Sequence record: DRR378314_1934
Direction: 5' to 3' (one strand)
DNA length: 33,483 nucleotides
Shown here one piece after another: positions 7,777 through 16,292 of this stretch. The notes under the pieces are model-generated. The model did not search any database. It saw nothing but the letters and a program-made list of their open reading frames with translations, and was not told where the DNA came from. Within the stretch, counting starts at the first letter, position 1. Each line of letters starts with the position of its first letter. The position numbers were made by a program, and so were the translations under genes.

Positions 7777-8967
7777 CTAAGCGGGATGCCGGTCCCTCTC
7801 CTGGGGCCGGCTCATCAGCCAAACGGCCATCAGAACACCGTGTAACACCAGGAACGGCACCGCAATCAATAACAGCCCACGCCAGTCAAACGCCGCCAAT
7901 ACCGCCCCAGCACTCAGTGCCGCTAACGCCTGCGAGCCAAACACCATGAGGTCGTTGAGGCCCTGAACCCGAAAACGCTCTTCGTCGCGATACCCCTGAG
8001 GCAACAGCGTGGTACCGCCCACAAACAGGAAGTTCCAGCCAATACCCAACAGCACCAGCGCAAACAGGTAGTGGTGGAAGCTGATGCCACTGAACGCCAG
8101 GAGCACGCAGCCCAGGTAGGCCAGCAATCCCAGCCCCATCATCCTTGGAATACCCACCACACGAATCAGCCAGCCACTGACCAGCGACGGCAGATACATG
8201 GCCATGATGTGAATCTGGATGACCCATTTCGCGTCCTCAAGCGGATGAGCCGCCACTTCCGTCATGCTCAGGGGCGTTGCCGTCATGATAAAACTCATGA
8301 TGGCATAACCGATGGCAGCGGCGCTGATGGCCGCCCAAATGAGCGGTTGTCGCAGAATGGCAACCATCGGGCGCCCTCCGCCGACCACGGCTTCCCGTAC
8401 CCGCTCACCGCTCGCTCGATACCCGAACACAAGAACGACCATGGCAAGCACCTGTACCGCACTCAGGGCAAGCCATCCCCCCATGAACGGGTATTGAGCC
8501 TGGCCGCCGCCGCCCAACAGGGCAATCTCTGGCCCTAACCAGGCCGCCACCAGCCCCCCAAGAAGCACCCTGGCCGCAGCGGAACCCGCCATCTCGGGCG
8601 CCACGGATTCCATCGCTGCAAACCGGTATTGGTGCACCACTGCCAGGCCGGAGCCGCCCACGACGGCGGCAGCGCACAGGAGTGGAAAGCTTGCACTCCA
8701 CGCTGCCAGTGCACCCAGCAAACCGGACAGCGTACCCGCGAGAGCGCCGAGCAACATAACCGGCTTTCGCCCCAGGCGCTCCATCATCCACGTAGCCGGC
8801 TTAATGGACAGAACCGTTCCAACAACCACAAGACCCACAGGCAGGGTTGCCAGCTCAGGCGATGGTGCAAGAAGACGACCGTGAATGCTTCCGATAAAGA
8901 CAATAAAAGGCGCTGTGCACATGGCAAGCGCCTGGGCGGCGACCAGTATCCATACATTGATCGGCAT
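7777..8967 (-). CDS. MFS transporter
   Basis: 396 aa, about 12 hydrophobic segments, MERLGRK loop motif, QYRFAAME, GIGWNFLFVGGT. Confidence 0.88.
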   Translation of the reverse strand: MPINVWILVAAQALAMCTAPFIVFIGSIHGRLLAPSPELATLPVGLVVVGTVLSIKPATWMMERLGRKPVMLLGALAGTLSGLLGALAAWSASFPLLCAAAVVGGSGLAVVHQYRFAAMESVAPEMAGSAAARVLLGGLVAAWLGPEIALLGGGGQAQYPFMGGWLALSAVQVLAMVVLVFGYRASGERVREAVVGGGRPMVAILRQPLIWAAISAAAIGYAIMSFIMTATPLSMTEVAAHPLEDAKWVIQIHIMAMYLPSLVSGWLIRVVGIPRMMGLGLLAYLGCVLLAFSGISFHHYLFALVLLGIGWNFLFVGGTTLLPQGYRDEERFRVQGLNDLMVFGSQALAALSAGAVLAAFDWRGLLLIAVPFLVLHGVLMAVWLMSRPQERDRHPA

Positions 8968-8976
8968 TGGGTGGGC

Positions 8977-9804
8977 CTATTTCTTTCGGTAGATGATCCC
9001 TGGGTGGCACTGCACCATTTCATAGAGGTGAGGCAACCCGTTCAGCGATTCCGATGCTCCCAGTATCAGGTAGCCACCGGGATTGAGAGTGGCGTGGATA
9101 CGGGTCAGGATGTCCTTTTTTAGCTCCGCCGAGAAGTAGATCAGTACGTTCCGGCACATCACAATATCAAATTTCCCGAGCATGTAACGTTCAAGCAGAT
9201 TCAGTTCCCTGAATTCAACCATGCTCTTGATCGGTGGCCTGATTTGCCAGCTCCCGTTCATGGCGGGCGTGAAGAACTGTTTCTGCCGTTCCGGAGAAAG
9301 CCCTCGACCAATGGCAATCATCTCGTACTCGCCACGCCGGGCGACTTCAAGAACGCTTTTGGAGATGTCGGTGGCAGTGATCTTCACGTCCCTCAGCCGG
9401 CCTGGCCTTTGGCGACGGAATTCTTCGATAATCATCGCCACGGAGTACGGCTCCTGCCCCGTCGAGCAGGCCGCGGACCAGATGCGTAAAGACTGTGTTG
9501 ATTTTCGGTCGCCAAACTCAGGCAACAGCTTCTCCTGCAGGATCCGGAACGGGTGGTTATCCCGGAACCACAGGGTTTCATTTGTCGTCATCGCATCGAT
9601 CACGACTTCCTTCAAGCTGCTTCGGCCGGTCCGTTTTACGCGCTCAAGCAGCTCACCGAGGGTGTTCAGCTTGTTTTCTTCCATGATCCGGCGCAAACGG
9701 CTTTTCACCAGATACTGCTTGTTGTCCCCGAGCAAAATGCCACACGCATCCTGCAGGAATGATTTGAAGGCCTCGTATTCCTGTGGCGTTATCTCAGCTT
9801 TCAT
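8977..9804 (-). CDS. cheR: Chemotaxis protein-glutamate methyltransferase
   Basis: MTTNETLWFRD, RIWSAACSTGQEPYS, ATDIS, CRNVLIYF, GYLILGASE. Confidence 0.96.
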   Translation of the reverse strand: MKAEITPQEYEAFKSFLQDACGILLGDNKQYLVKSRLRRIMEENKLNTLGELLERVKRTGRSSLKEVVIDAMTTNETLWFRDNHPFRILQEKLLPEFGDRKSTQSLRIWSAACSTGQEPYSVAMIIEEFRRQRPGRLRDVKITATDISKSVLEVARRGEYEMIAIGRGLSPERQKQFFTPAMNGSWQIRPPIKSMVEFRELNLLERYMLGKFDIVMCRNVLIYFSAELKKDILTRIHATLNPGGYLILGASESLNGLPHLYEMVQCHPGIIYRKK

Positions 9805-9843
9805 TGGATCTCAATATCGAGTGAGTCGGAAGTGACAGCAGTG

Positions 9844-10776
9844 TCACTGCTCGCGGTCGACAATTTCCATGACTCTTTCCGCCAGCTCATCCGGGCTGAA
9901 CTTGGCCATGAAATCGTCAGCACCTACCTTCTGCACCATCGCTTTGTTGAACACCCCGCTCAGGGACGTGTGCAGCATGATGAATACATCCTTGATTGCA
10001 GGCTCATTTTTACACTTGGTGACGAGAGTGTACCCATCCATTTCCGGCATTTCGACATCGGATATGATCAAACACAGGTGATCAATGGCGCGAGAGCCAT
10101 CCGCGGTAATCTCTTTCAAGTAGTCATAAGCCTGTTTGCCATCGTTCTTGGTTACCACGGCCATGCCAATGGCCGTGAGGCACCGCTCGATCTGGCGCCT
10201 GGCCACGGCGGAATCGTCCACGACGAGCACCGGCAGATGGCCGGGTACCCGCTCTGCACTGCGGTTGCGAACGTCTTCGGTGACATCTTCCTCGAACGGC
10301 GAGACTTCGGAGAGTATCTTTTCAACGTCAATAATCTCGATAAGCTTGTCGTCAAAATGCGTCACGGCTGTCAGATAAACGTCTTTGCCGGCGCCCTTGG
10401 GTGGCGGCAGGATGTCTTCCCAATTCATATTGACGATGCGATCAACACCGGCGACCAGGAAACCCTGGGTTTTGCGGTTGTACTCGGTGATGATAACGAA
10501 ACTGGTGGCCATATCTTCCCGGTCGATACCAGGAAGCCGTATCGACATCCCAAGGTCGATAATGGGAATCGTCTCACCGCGAATATGGGCAACACCCCTT
10601 ACCATCGGACGACTGTTCGGCAATGAGGACAGCTTCGGGCATTGCAGCACTTCCTTGACCTTAAAGACGTTGATGCCGTAGATCTGCCGGCCACGAAGGC
10701 GGAATAACAGAAGCTCCAGGCGATTCTGCCCCACCAGCTGGGTGCGCTGATTTACACTGTCCAATACCCCTGCCAT
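9844..10776 (-). CDS. cheV: Chemotaxis coupling protein CheV (CheW + receiver)
   Basis: MAGVLDSVNQRTQLVGQNRLELLLFRL, YGINVFKVKEV, receiver VVDDS...SDVEMPEMDGY...AKF. ATG 10776 follows AGGAG; 310 aa. Confidence 0.95.
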   Translation of the reverse strand: MAGVLDSVNQRTQLVGQNRLELLLFRLRGRQIYGINVFKVKEVLQCPKLSSLPNSRPMVRGVAHIRGETIPIIDLGMSIRLPGIDREDMATSFVIITEYNRKTQGFLVAGVDRIVNMNWEDILPPPKGAGKDVYLTAVTHFDDKLIEIIDVEKILSEVSPFEEDVTEDVRNRSAERVPGHLPVLVVDDSAVARRQIERCLTAIGMAVVTKNDGKQAYDYLKEITADGSRAIDHLCLIISDVEMPEMDGYTLVTKCKNEPAIKDVFIMLHTSLSGVFNKAMVQKVGADDFMAKFSPDELAERVMEIVDREQ

Positions 10777-10809
10777 CGTTTTAATCTCCTGCTCGAAACA
10801 CCTTGCTGC

Positions 10810-10825
10810 CGGCACGCATCTTGCT
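10810..10825 (+). promoter_or_regulatory. sigma54 (-24/-12) promoter for flgA
   Basis: cGGCACGCATCTTGCt: GG-10 bp-GC with GGCAC and TTGC, oriented toward flgA. Confidence 0.7.
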
Positions 10826-10887
10826 GCGTATCCTTCAAAGTCGATCAGCACCTGAAATGTGCCGGTTTATTGACTCTCTGGATAGGC

Positions 10888-10914
10888 TTAACGGCCGGAT
10901 TCCGGAATCATTAG
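10888..10914 (-). promoter_or_regulatory. Candidate sigma28 promoter for cheV-cheR
   Basis: Minus strand CTAA-15 bp-GCCGTTAA; -10 is 7/8 to GCCGATAA, -35 is imperfect or one base off. Confidence 0.4.
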
Positions 10915-10970
10915 GACAATCCGACCACGGGCTTACCCGGATAATGACAGCATAGGACAAACTGCCGCAT

Positions 10971-11675
10971 ATGCGCATTACCAATTTCATCATTGCACTG
11001 CTGACAACCGTGATTACAGGCCCGGCCCTGGCGTCCATGACCACGGCCGAGCAAATCCGAAATGGCGCGGAGCGATTTCTGGCGGAGTTCTCAGACACGC
11101 AGGCAAGCGAAGGCTTCAGCGTTACCTACGACATCGGTCAACTGGACGCCCGCCTGTCGCTGGCAACCTGTGCCGCGCCGCTGGGCGTATCGTTCAGCGG
11201 CGACCCCTGGAAAACCACCCAGCCGTCGCTAATGGTCTCTTGTGAAGGTGAGCGTCCCTGGCGTATGTTTCTGCCGGTCTCGGTCACCATTACCGGGGAG
11301 GCAATGGTTGCCTCCCGCCCATTGGGCCGCGGCGAACGCCTGACGGAATCAGCCATGCAACCCGATTCCGTGGTGGTAAACTCAATACGCCGCGGTGCGA
11401 TCACCAGCGCCAAACAACTTGTGGGCATGGAAATGCGCCGGGGCATCAACGCGGGCACTGTCTTTACCCCGGACCTGGTGCTCGCCCCCGCCGCGATCGA
11501 ACGGGGCGACCATGTTATCATCAGCGCCCGCAGCGGTAATTTCTCGGTAAATTCGAGAGGCAAAGCCCTCGCCAGCGGCGCCATTGGCGAGCAGGTCCTG
11601 ATCGAAAACCTGTCGTCCTCCCGGACCGTGCGTGCCCGTGTAACGGCACCAGGCCACGTGGAAATTCCCATGTAG
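10971..11675 (+). CDS. flgA: Flagellar basal-body P-ring formation chaperone
   Basis: Signal peptide (ALA-S), LDARLSLATC, V.C.GERPW, SAF-like region, IERGDHV.I...GKAL..G..GEQV.IENLSS.R; upstream of flgM. Confidence 0.92.
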   Translation: MRITNFIIALLTTVITGPALASMTTAEQIRNGAERFLAEFSDTQASEGFSVTYDIGQLDARLSLATCAAPLGVSFSGDPWKTTQPSLMVSCEGERPWRMFLPVSVTITGEAMVASRPLGRGERLTESAMQPDSVVVNSIRRGAITSAKQLVGMEMRRGINAGTVFTPDLVLAPAAIERGDHVIISARSGNFSVNSRGKALASGAIGEQVLIENLSSSRTVRARVTAPGHVEIPM

Positions 11676-11774
11676 ATCCACCCTTCCCGGCATCCGCTCG
11701 CCGCTGGCGGCAAGCCTTTGCCGGTTTGGATACGAAAGATGACAAGAGTGTCATTTAACTCTTGTAAAAATTGC

Positions 11775-11801
11775 TAAAGAAACGTAACGCCATGCCGATA
11801 G
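11775..11801 (+). promoter_or_regulatory. sigma28 promoter for flgMN
   Basis: TAAA-15 bp-GCCGATAG, 58 bp upstream of the flgM start. Confidence 0.85.
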
Positions 11802-11859
11802 ACAGGTATGAAATTCGTGGAGCCGCCCAACGCGGCTGATCAGCTAAGCAGGTAACGTT

Positions 11860-12186
11860 ATGTCAGTTGACTTTAATGGAATAGGCCCAGGCCAGGTCAA
11901 CACCCAGAAAACCACGGCCGATAAATCCTCCGGGACCCAGAGCGCTCAGCCCTCCACAGCGGAGCAGGCAAAGACGCAGGCTCAGTCTGCCCGCGGTGAA
12001 AATGTCAATCTGAGCAGCCAGGCGAAGAACCTGAAGCAGCTCGAACAGAAGCTTGGCAGTTACCCTGAAATGGACGATGACCGTATTGAGCAGATCCGAT
12101 CTGCCCTGGAAAGTGGCTCTTACAAGATTGATGCCGAGAAGCTGGCCCAGAAAATGCTTGAGATGGATGAAAGCATTTTCGGGTGA
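11860..12186 (+). CDS. flgM: Anti-sigma28 factor
   Basis: Low-complexity N-terminus, V.LSSQA, PEMDDDRIEQIRSALESGSYKIDAEKLAQKM; between flgA and flgN. Confidence 0.93.
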   Translation: MSVDFNGIGPGQVNTQKTTADKSSGTQSAQPSTAEQAKTQAQSARGENVNLSSQAKNLKQLEQKLGSYPEMDDDRIEQIRSALESGSYKIDAEKLAQKMLEMDESIFG

Positions 12187-12193
12187 GTAAATC

Positions 12194-12664
12194 ATGGCCG
12201 CAATAGATGAATTGAAAGACCTTCTGTCACAGGATATCCGTCAACTCGAATCATTGGCGGAGATCCTGCAACAGGAAAAAGCCTGCCTTTCCACATCGGA
12301 TATCCAAAAGCTCGAAACACTGACTGGCGAGAAGAATGAACTGCTGGGCCAGATTCGTGAGCGGGCCAAACTTAAAATCCGCCTGCTGGTGTCCATGGGG
12401 TTCCGCCCCGAGAATGGCGCGCCCTCCCGCTTTATTCAGAGCGCCGGCCTGTCGGATGTTCACGCCTTGTGGCGTGAGGCCGATCAGCGGCTGAAAGCCT
12501 GCCATGAACTGAACAGCAATAACGGGCGGGTTGTCAGCCATCTCCAGAAGCGGCTTTCAAGACTGACCGATATCTTCCGCGGCGTTGCCGGGCATCAAAC
12601 CCTCTATGGCGCCCAGGGCGAACAAAAGGCGGTATCACACCGCACCATCCTGGCCAGCGCCTGA
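12194..12664 (+). CDS. flgN: Flagellar export chaperone
   Basis: Helical 156 aa, L..E...L, C.ELN..NG and terminal LYG..G motifs; directly after flgM. Confidence 0.88.
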   Translation: MAAIDELKDLLSQDIRQLESLAEILQQEKACLSTSDIQKLETLTGEKNELLGQIRERAKLKIRLLVSMGFRPENGAPSRFIQSAGLSDVHALWREADQRLKACHELNSNNGRVVSHLQKRLSRLTDIFRGVAGHQTLYGAQGEQKAVSHRTILASA

Positions 12665-12672
12665 ACGGCCCA

Positions 12673-12695
12673 GGGCTCCGAAAATACCGGAGCCC
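12673..12695. terminator. Hairpin between convergent flgN and the MshEN gene
   Basis: GGGCTCCG-aaaatac-CGGAGCCC, 8-bp stem; no clear U-tract on either side. Confidence 0.5.
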
Positions 12696-12706
12696 CGCCT
12701 GCCCCA

Positions 12707-13444
12707 TCAGCGAGTGTAGATCGTCATCTGCGAATCCGGGTGGAACCGGATGTTGTCGATGGCAATGTTACCGATCGAAGGCCCCTGACTGCCGCTTACC
12801 CGAATGTTGTCCATGCGGATCTGCTCAATTCTCTCCGGAAACGCCAGGCTGAGGCCACCGTCGTCACGGACTGCGTATCGGGGAACGTCATCCCGGTAAT
12901 GCACCCCGGAAATCGTCAGGTCGGAATCCAGGAAGTTCAGCACGGGTACAAAAATGTTCGCCGTCAGCTTCAGGCCCTCAATCACATCCGCTTCCACCTC
13001 CCCGGTACCATCATGACCTCCAGCCATGGCAGCAACATTGCCGATACGGTCCAACAGGGATTGGTCGCCCTGCCCTGACACACCAGCCAACTCGTCGTCA
13101 TCGAGCGGCGCGAAACCGGACCGTTCATACAGTTGGCCCGCATCGGCAACGTCCCGTGACTCGTTCGTGTTTGTGCCGGCAGCAAAACTGACCAGTGGTT
13201 GAAACGGCAGTACCACCATGGTGACCAATGCAGCCGCATTACGGTAACGGGACTGATGTTTGAGGACACGGTGAAGTTCGCGCTCGGTAACCCAGCCGGA
13301 CTGCACAAACACCTCGCCGAGCCGCTGACCGGTCTCATGCTGCAGGCGCAGGCCTTCTTCCAACTGGCTTTCAGAAAGGTATCCCCGGTTTATCAGTAAC
13401 CGACCGAGACGGGATTTTTCTTCGAAGCCCTGACGGATTTTCAA
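12707..13444 (-). CDS. MshEN-domain (c-di-GMP-binding) protein fused to a signal/TM segment and a DUF6160-like beta-rich domain
   Basis: TTG start with GGAGG six nt upstream; aa 12-64 are two 24-aa RLGxx(L/F)xxxGxxxxxxLxxxLxxQ repeats joined by a 5-aa linker; then a hydrophobic segment and PLDDDELAGVSGQG; no ATPase motifs. Confidence 0.8.
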   Translation of the reverse strand: MKIRQGFEEKSRLGRLLINRGYLSESQLEEGLRLQHETGQRLGEVFVQSGWVTERELHRVLKHQSRYRNAAALVTMVVLPFQPLVSFAAGTNTNESRDVADAGQLYERSGFAPLDDDELAGVSGQGDQSLLDRIGNVAAMAGGHDGTGEVEADVIEGLKLTANIFVPVLNFLDSDLTISGVHYRDDVPRYAVRDDGGLSLAFPERIEQIRMDNIRVSGSQGPSIGNIAIDNIRFHPDSQMTIYTR

Positions 13445-13582
13445 GGTATGCCTCCAATAGCTTCAGAGTGATTGCCGTACAACCTGGCCCGGTCAGAATG
13501 CATCAATGGCACTGATGCGATAAAAGGTTAGCTGATAGTCATGAACTCCGCCGGGAATATGCCCGACTTGACAAGTATTATC

Positions 13583-13591
13583 TGCTAAAAT
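13583..13591 (+). promoter_or_regulatory. Extended -10 element upstream of the cyclophilin gene
   Basis: TGcTAAAAT about 60 bp before the start codon. Confidence 0.4.
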
Positions 13592-13651
13592 CCTGCATCA
13601 GACAGGTTTCATGACAACAGTATCGCAGCAAATAATCCCGGAGCTAATAAC

Positions 13652-14284
13652 GTGGGCCATTATAGAATGACAAATTCCGTAAAACCGTTTCGATGTGTGA
13701 TGCAGATCGTTCTATCTGTAACCGTACTGCTGGGTATGGGCAGTGCTCTCGCCTCTGAAGGGCCAGAAAATGAGCTGCCCCAGGTGATTATTGAAACCAG
13801 CGAAGGCGCCATTGAGGTTACGCTGCGCCCGGACATCGCTCCCGATACCGTTGAGAATTTCATCACCTACGCCAAAAACGGATTCTACGAAGGCACTCTG
13901 TTCCACCGGGTGATCCCGGGCTTCATGATTCAGGGCGGAGGTTTCGACCAGGATATGCAGCAGAAACAGACCCGCAGCCCTGTTCGGAACGAAGCCAAGC
14001 CAACCGCAAAGAACCTTCGCGGGACGATTGCGATGGCCCGCACCAGCTCACCAGATTCCGCCACCTCCCAGTTTTTCATTAATCTGACCGATAACGACTT
14101 TCTGAATGCGGGCGTGCGTGGCCCGGGCTATGCGGTGTTTGGCAAGGTGACCGGGGGCATGGGCGTTGTGGATGCCATCGCTGGCAAAAAGACGATCCGA
14201 ACGCAGGGAATGGCAGACGTGCCCCAAGAGCCCGTCATTATCCGTAGCGTGTCGGTTCGCCAAACCGACGCCATGACAGAGTAG
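13652..14284 (+). CDS. ppiA: Periplasmic cyclophilin-type peptidyl-prolyl isomerase
   Basis: FHRVIPGFMIQGGG, RGTIAMART, SATSQFFIN, GYAVFGKV; signal peptide ending ALA-S. Start uncertain (GTG 13652, ATG 13667 or 13700). Confidence 0.9.
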   Translation: MGHYRMTNSVKPFRCVMQIVLSVTVLLGMGSALASEGPENELPQVIIETSEGAIEVTLRPDIAPDTVENFITYAKNGFYEGTLFHRVIPGFMIQGGGFDQDMQQKQTRSPVRNEAKPTAKNLRGTIAMARTSSPDSATSQFFINLTDNDFLNAGVRGPGYAVFGKVTGGMGVVDAIAGKKTIRTQGMADVPQEPVIIRSVSVRQTDAMTE

Positions 14285-14327
14285 CCCTAAAGCGGCTCGT
14301 TAAGCGTACTGACCGGATACAAAGACC

Positions 14328-16232
14328 GTGACTGACCCAATGCTGCCTTCCATTGACACCGCTGATATCGACTGGAGTAGCGGTGTTCCCCACTGTCGCC
14401 GTTTTGGTGACGTTTACTTCAGCCGCGAGAACGGGCTCGAAGAAACGCGGTACGTGTACATTACGCAAAACCGGCTTCACGAACGTTTCACATCATTGCC
14501 CGCTGCTTCCTCATTCGTTATCGCAGAAACCGGGTTCGGCACCGGCCTGAACTTCCTTGCCGCTTGGCAGGCCTGGGATCAATCCTCCACACCCGCCAGC
14601 GGCTGCCTTCACTTTGTCTCCGCCGAGCGGCACCCACTGACGCCGGACGACCTTGCCAGGGCATTGTCGATGTGGCCGGAGCTCAAGGGTTATGCCGATG
14701 AACTGTTGCAACAGTACCCGGCGCCGACCTACGGAGCCCACCGCCTGGTGCTCGCGGGTGGGCGCGTCAGACTGACACTGTTTTTCGGCGATGTGGTTGA
14801 CGCCTGGCGTGAGCTCGATTTCCAGGCAGACGCCTGGTTCCTGGATGGATTTTCACCGGCCAAGAACCCTGGCATGTGGACGCGCGATGCTATTGACCCC
14901 ATACCGGGGCACAGCAAACCCGGCGCTACTCTTGCCACCTTTACGTCGGTTGGAGAGGTTCGTCGGCGGCTGAGCGACAGCGGTTTCACCATGCGCAAAA
15001 CACCTGGGTTTGGCCAGAAATGGGACATGCTGACAGGAGCGCTGGGCTCTGCCACCAGCCAGGAAGCGCCCGCCGCCGCGAACGACGTTGAATCCATTGC
15101 AATCATTGGCGCCGGTATTGCCGGTACCCTGCTCGCCCGAAACCTGGCAGAGCGGGGTATGCACGTGACGGTGATCGACCAGGCCCAGGGTGCGGGAACG
15201 GCAGCTTCGGGCAATGTGCAGGGAGCGCTCTACGTCAAACTGGGCATTGAATTCAACGACCAGGCAAAACTCGGCCTGTCATCGTTGCTGTTCAGCCAAC
15301 GCTACTATCAGCAGTTTGGTGGCGCCTTCTGGCACCCCACAGGCCTTGTTCAACTGGCCCACGATGATAGCGAGCAGAATCGCCAGGAACGCTTCATCGC
15401 CCGTAACGACTACCCTGCGGCGGTTCTGCAACCGATCAGCGCCGAACGGGCTTCCGAACTTGCAGGCGTTCCGCTAACCCGTGGAGGCCTCTGGTTTCCG
15501 CACAGTGGATGGCTGGAACCGAGCGGTCTTTGCCATTCATTGATGGACCACAAACGCATCTTCCAGTGCTTCGGTTTCAACGTCCACCGGCTCACCCCCT
15601 GCAATGGAAAGTGGCACATCGCCGGCAACGGCGAACAGGATGTTGTCGTCGATCGGGTCGTGATCTGTGCCGGCCACCAGACCCCAGGGCTGATTCCCCT
15701 GAGGGGAAGCTTCCGCTTCCGTGCGATTCGGGGTCAGGTGACCCATCTGCCGTCAACGTCAGTGACGTGCCCTGATGTCGTGGTCTGTGGTTCCGGGTAT
15801 CTCAACCCTGCCCACCAGGGCATGACAATGGCCGGTGCCACGTTTGATCTTCATGACCAGTCACCGACCCTCTCCGTCGACAGTCACAGGGACAACCTGT
15901 CGATGCTGGATGCGATGGTGCCGGGAGCCGTGGCCAAAGGCGGCGTGGACCCGACGGCGCTCGATGGTAAAGTCGGCTTTCGTTGCACCACCCATGACTA
16001 TCAGCCGGTCGCCGGCCCACTTATGGACGCCTATGGACAGACACTGGAAGGCGTTCACCTGTTCACAGGCCTGGGCAGCAAGGGCTTGAGCTATGCTCCG
16101 CTGCTTGCGGAGTACCTCGCCGATCGACTGTCCGGGCAGCCGGTCTGCCTGCCCAGGTCACTCATAAAACGTGTGGCTACCGATCGCTGTCATCGTGCCG
16201 ATATTAATGAACAGGAAACCATTAGCGCCTGA
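14328..16232 (+). CDS. mnmC: Bifunctional tRNA mnm5s2U34 biosynthesis protein
   Basis: FGDVYFS..NGLEET.YV, ETGFGTGLNF, DAWFLDGFSPAKNPGMW methyltransferase domain followed by IIGAGIAG and ASGN.QGA FAD-oxidoreductase domain. Confidence 0.95.
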   Translation: MTDPMLPSIDTADIDWSSGVPHCRRFGDVYFSRENGLEETRYVYITQNRLHERFTSLPAASSFVIAETGFGTGLNFLAAWQAWDQSSTPASGCLHFVSAERHPLTPDDLARALSMWPELKGYADELLQQYPAPTYGAHRLVLAGGRVRLTLFFGDVVDAWRELDFQADAWFLDGFSPAKNPGMWTRDAIDPIPGHSKPGATLATFTSVGEVRRRLSDSGFTMRKTPGFGQKWDMLTGALGSATSQEAPAAANDVESIAIIGAGIAGTLLARNLAERGMHVTVIDQAQGAGTAASGNVQGALYVKLGIEFNDQAKLGLSSLLFSQRYYQQFGGAFWHPTGLVQLAHDDSEQNRQERFIARNDYPAAVLQPISAERASELAGVPLTRGGLWFPHSGWLEPSGLCHSLMDHKRIFQCFGFNVHRLTPCNGKWHIAGNGEQDVVVDRVVICAGHQTPGLIPLRGSFRFRAIRGQVTHLPSTSVTCPDVVVCGSGYLNPAHQGMTMAGATFDLHDQSPTLSVDSHRDNLSMLDAMVPGAVAKGGVDPTALDGKVGFRCTTHDYQPVAGPLMDAYGQTLEGVHLFTGLGSKGLSYAPLLAEYLADRLSGQPVCLPRSLIKRVATDRCHRADINEQETISA

Positions 16233-16256
16233 AGAAATCCAAAACACTGCCGATAA
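16230..16256 (+). promoter_or_regulatory. sigma28 promoter for the CBS-domain gene
   Basis: TGAA-15 bp-GCCGATAA (perfect -10); context CTGAAGAAA parallels CTAAAGAAA of the flgM promoter. Confidence 0.65.
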
Positions 16257-16292
16257 CCGGTAAAGGCCCTGTGTAAACCGGAGCAGATTGTT

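Noticed and set aside
11687-11724. GC-rich CCGGCA...TGCCGG fold after flgA
   Set aside because: Irregular stem without a convincing U-tract; not enough to call a terminator or RNA element.
13085-13120. LDDDELAGVSG as a double-glycine bacteriocin leader
   Set aside because: It is internal, continues as GQG, and no peptidase-containing ABC transporter or modification genes are nearby; a DUF6160-like start fits better.
13568-13591. TTGACA and TAAAAT as a -35/-10 pair
   Set aside because: Spacer is only 12 bp; only the extended -10 is retained.
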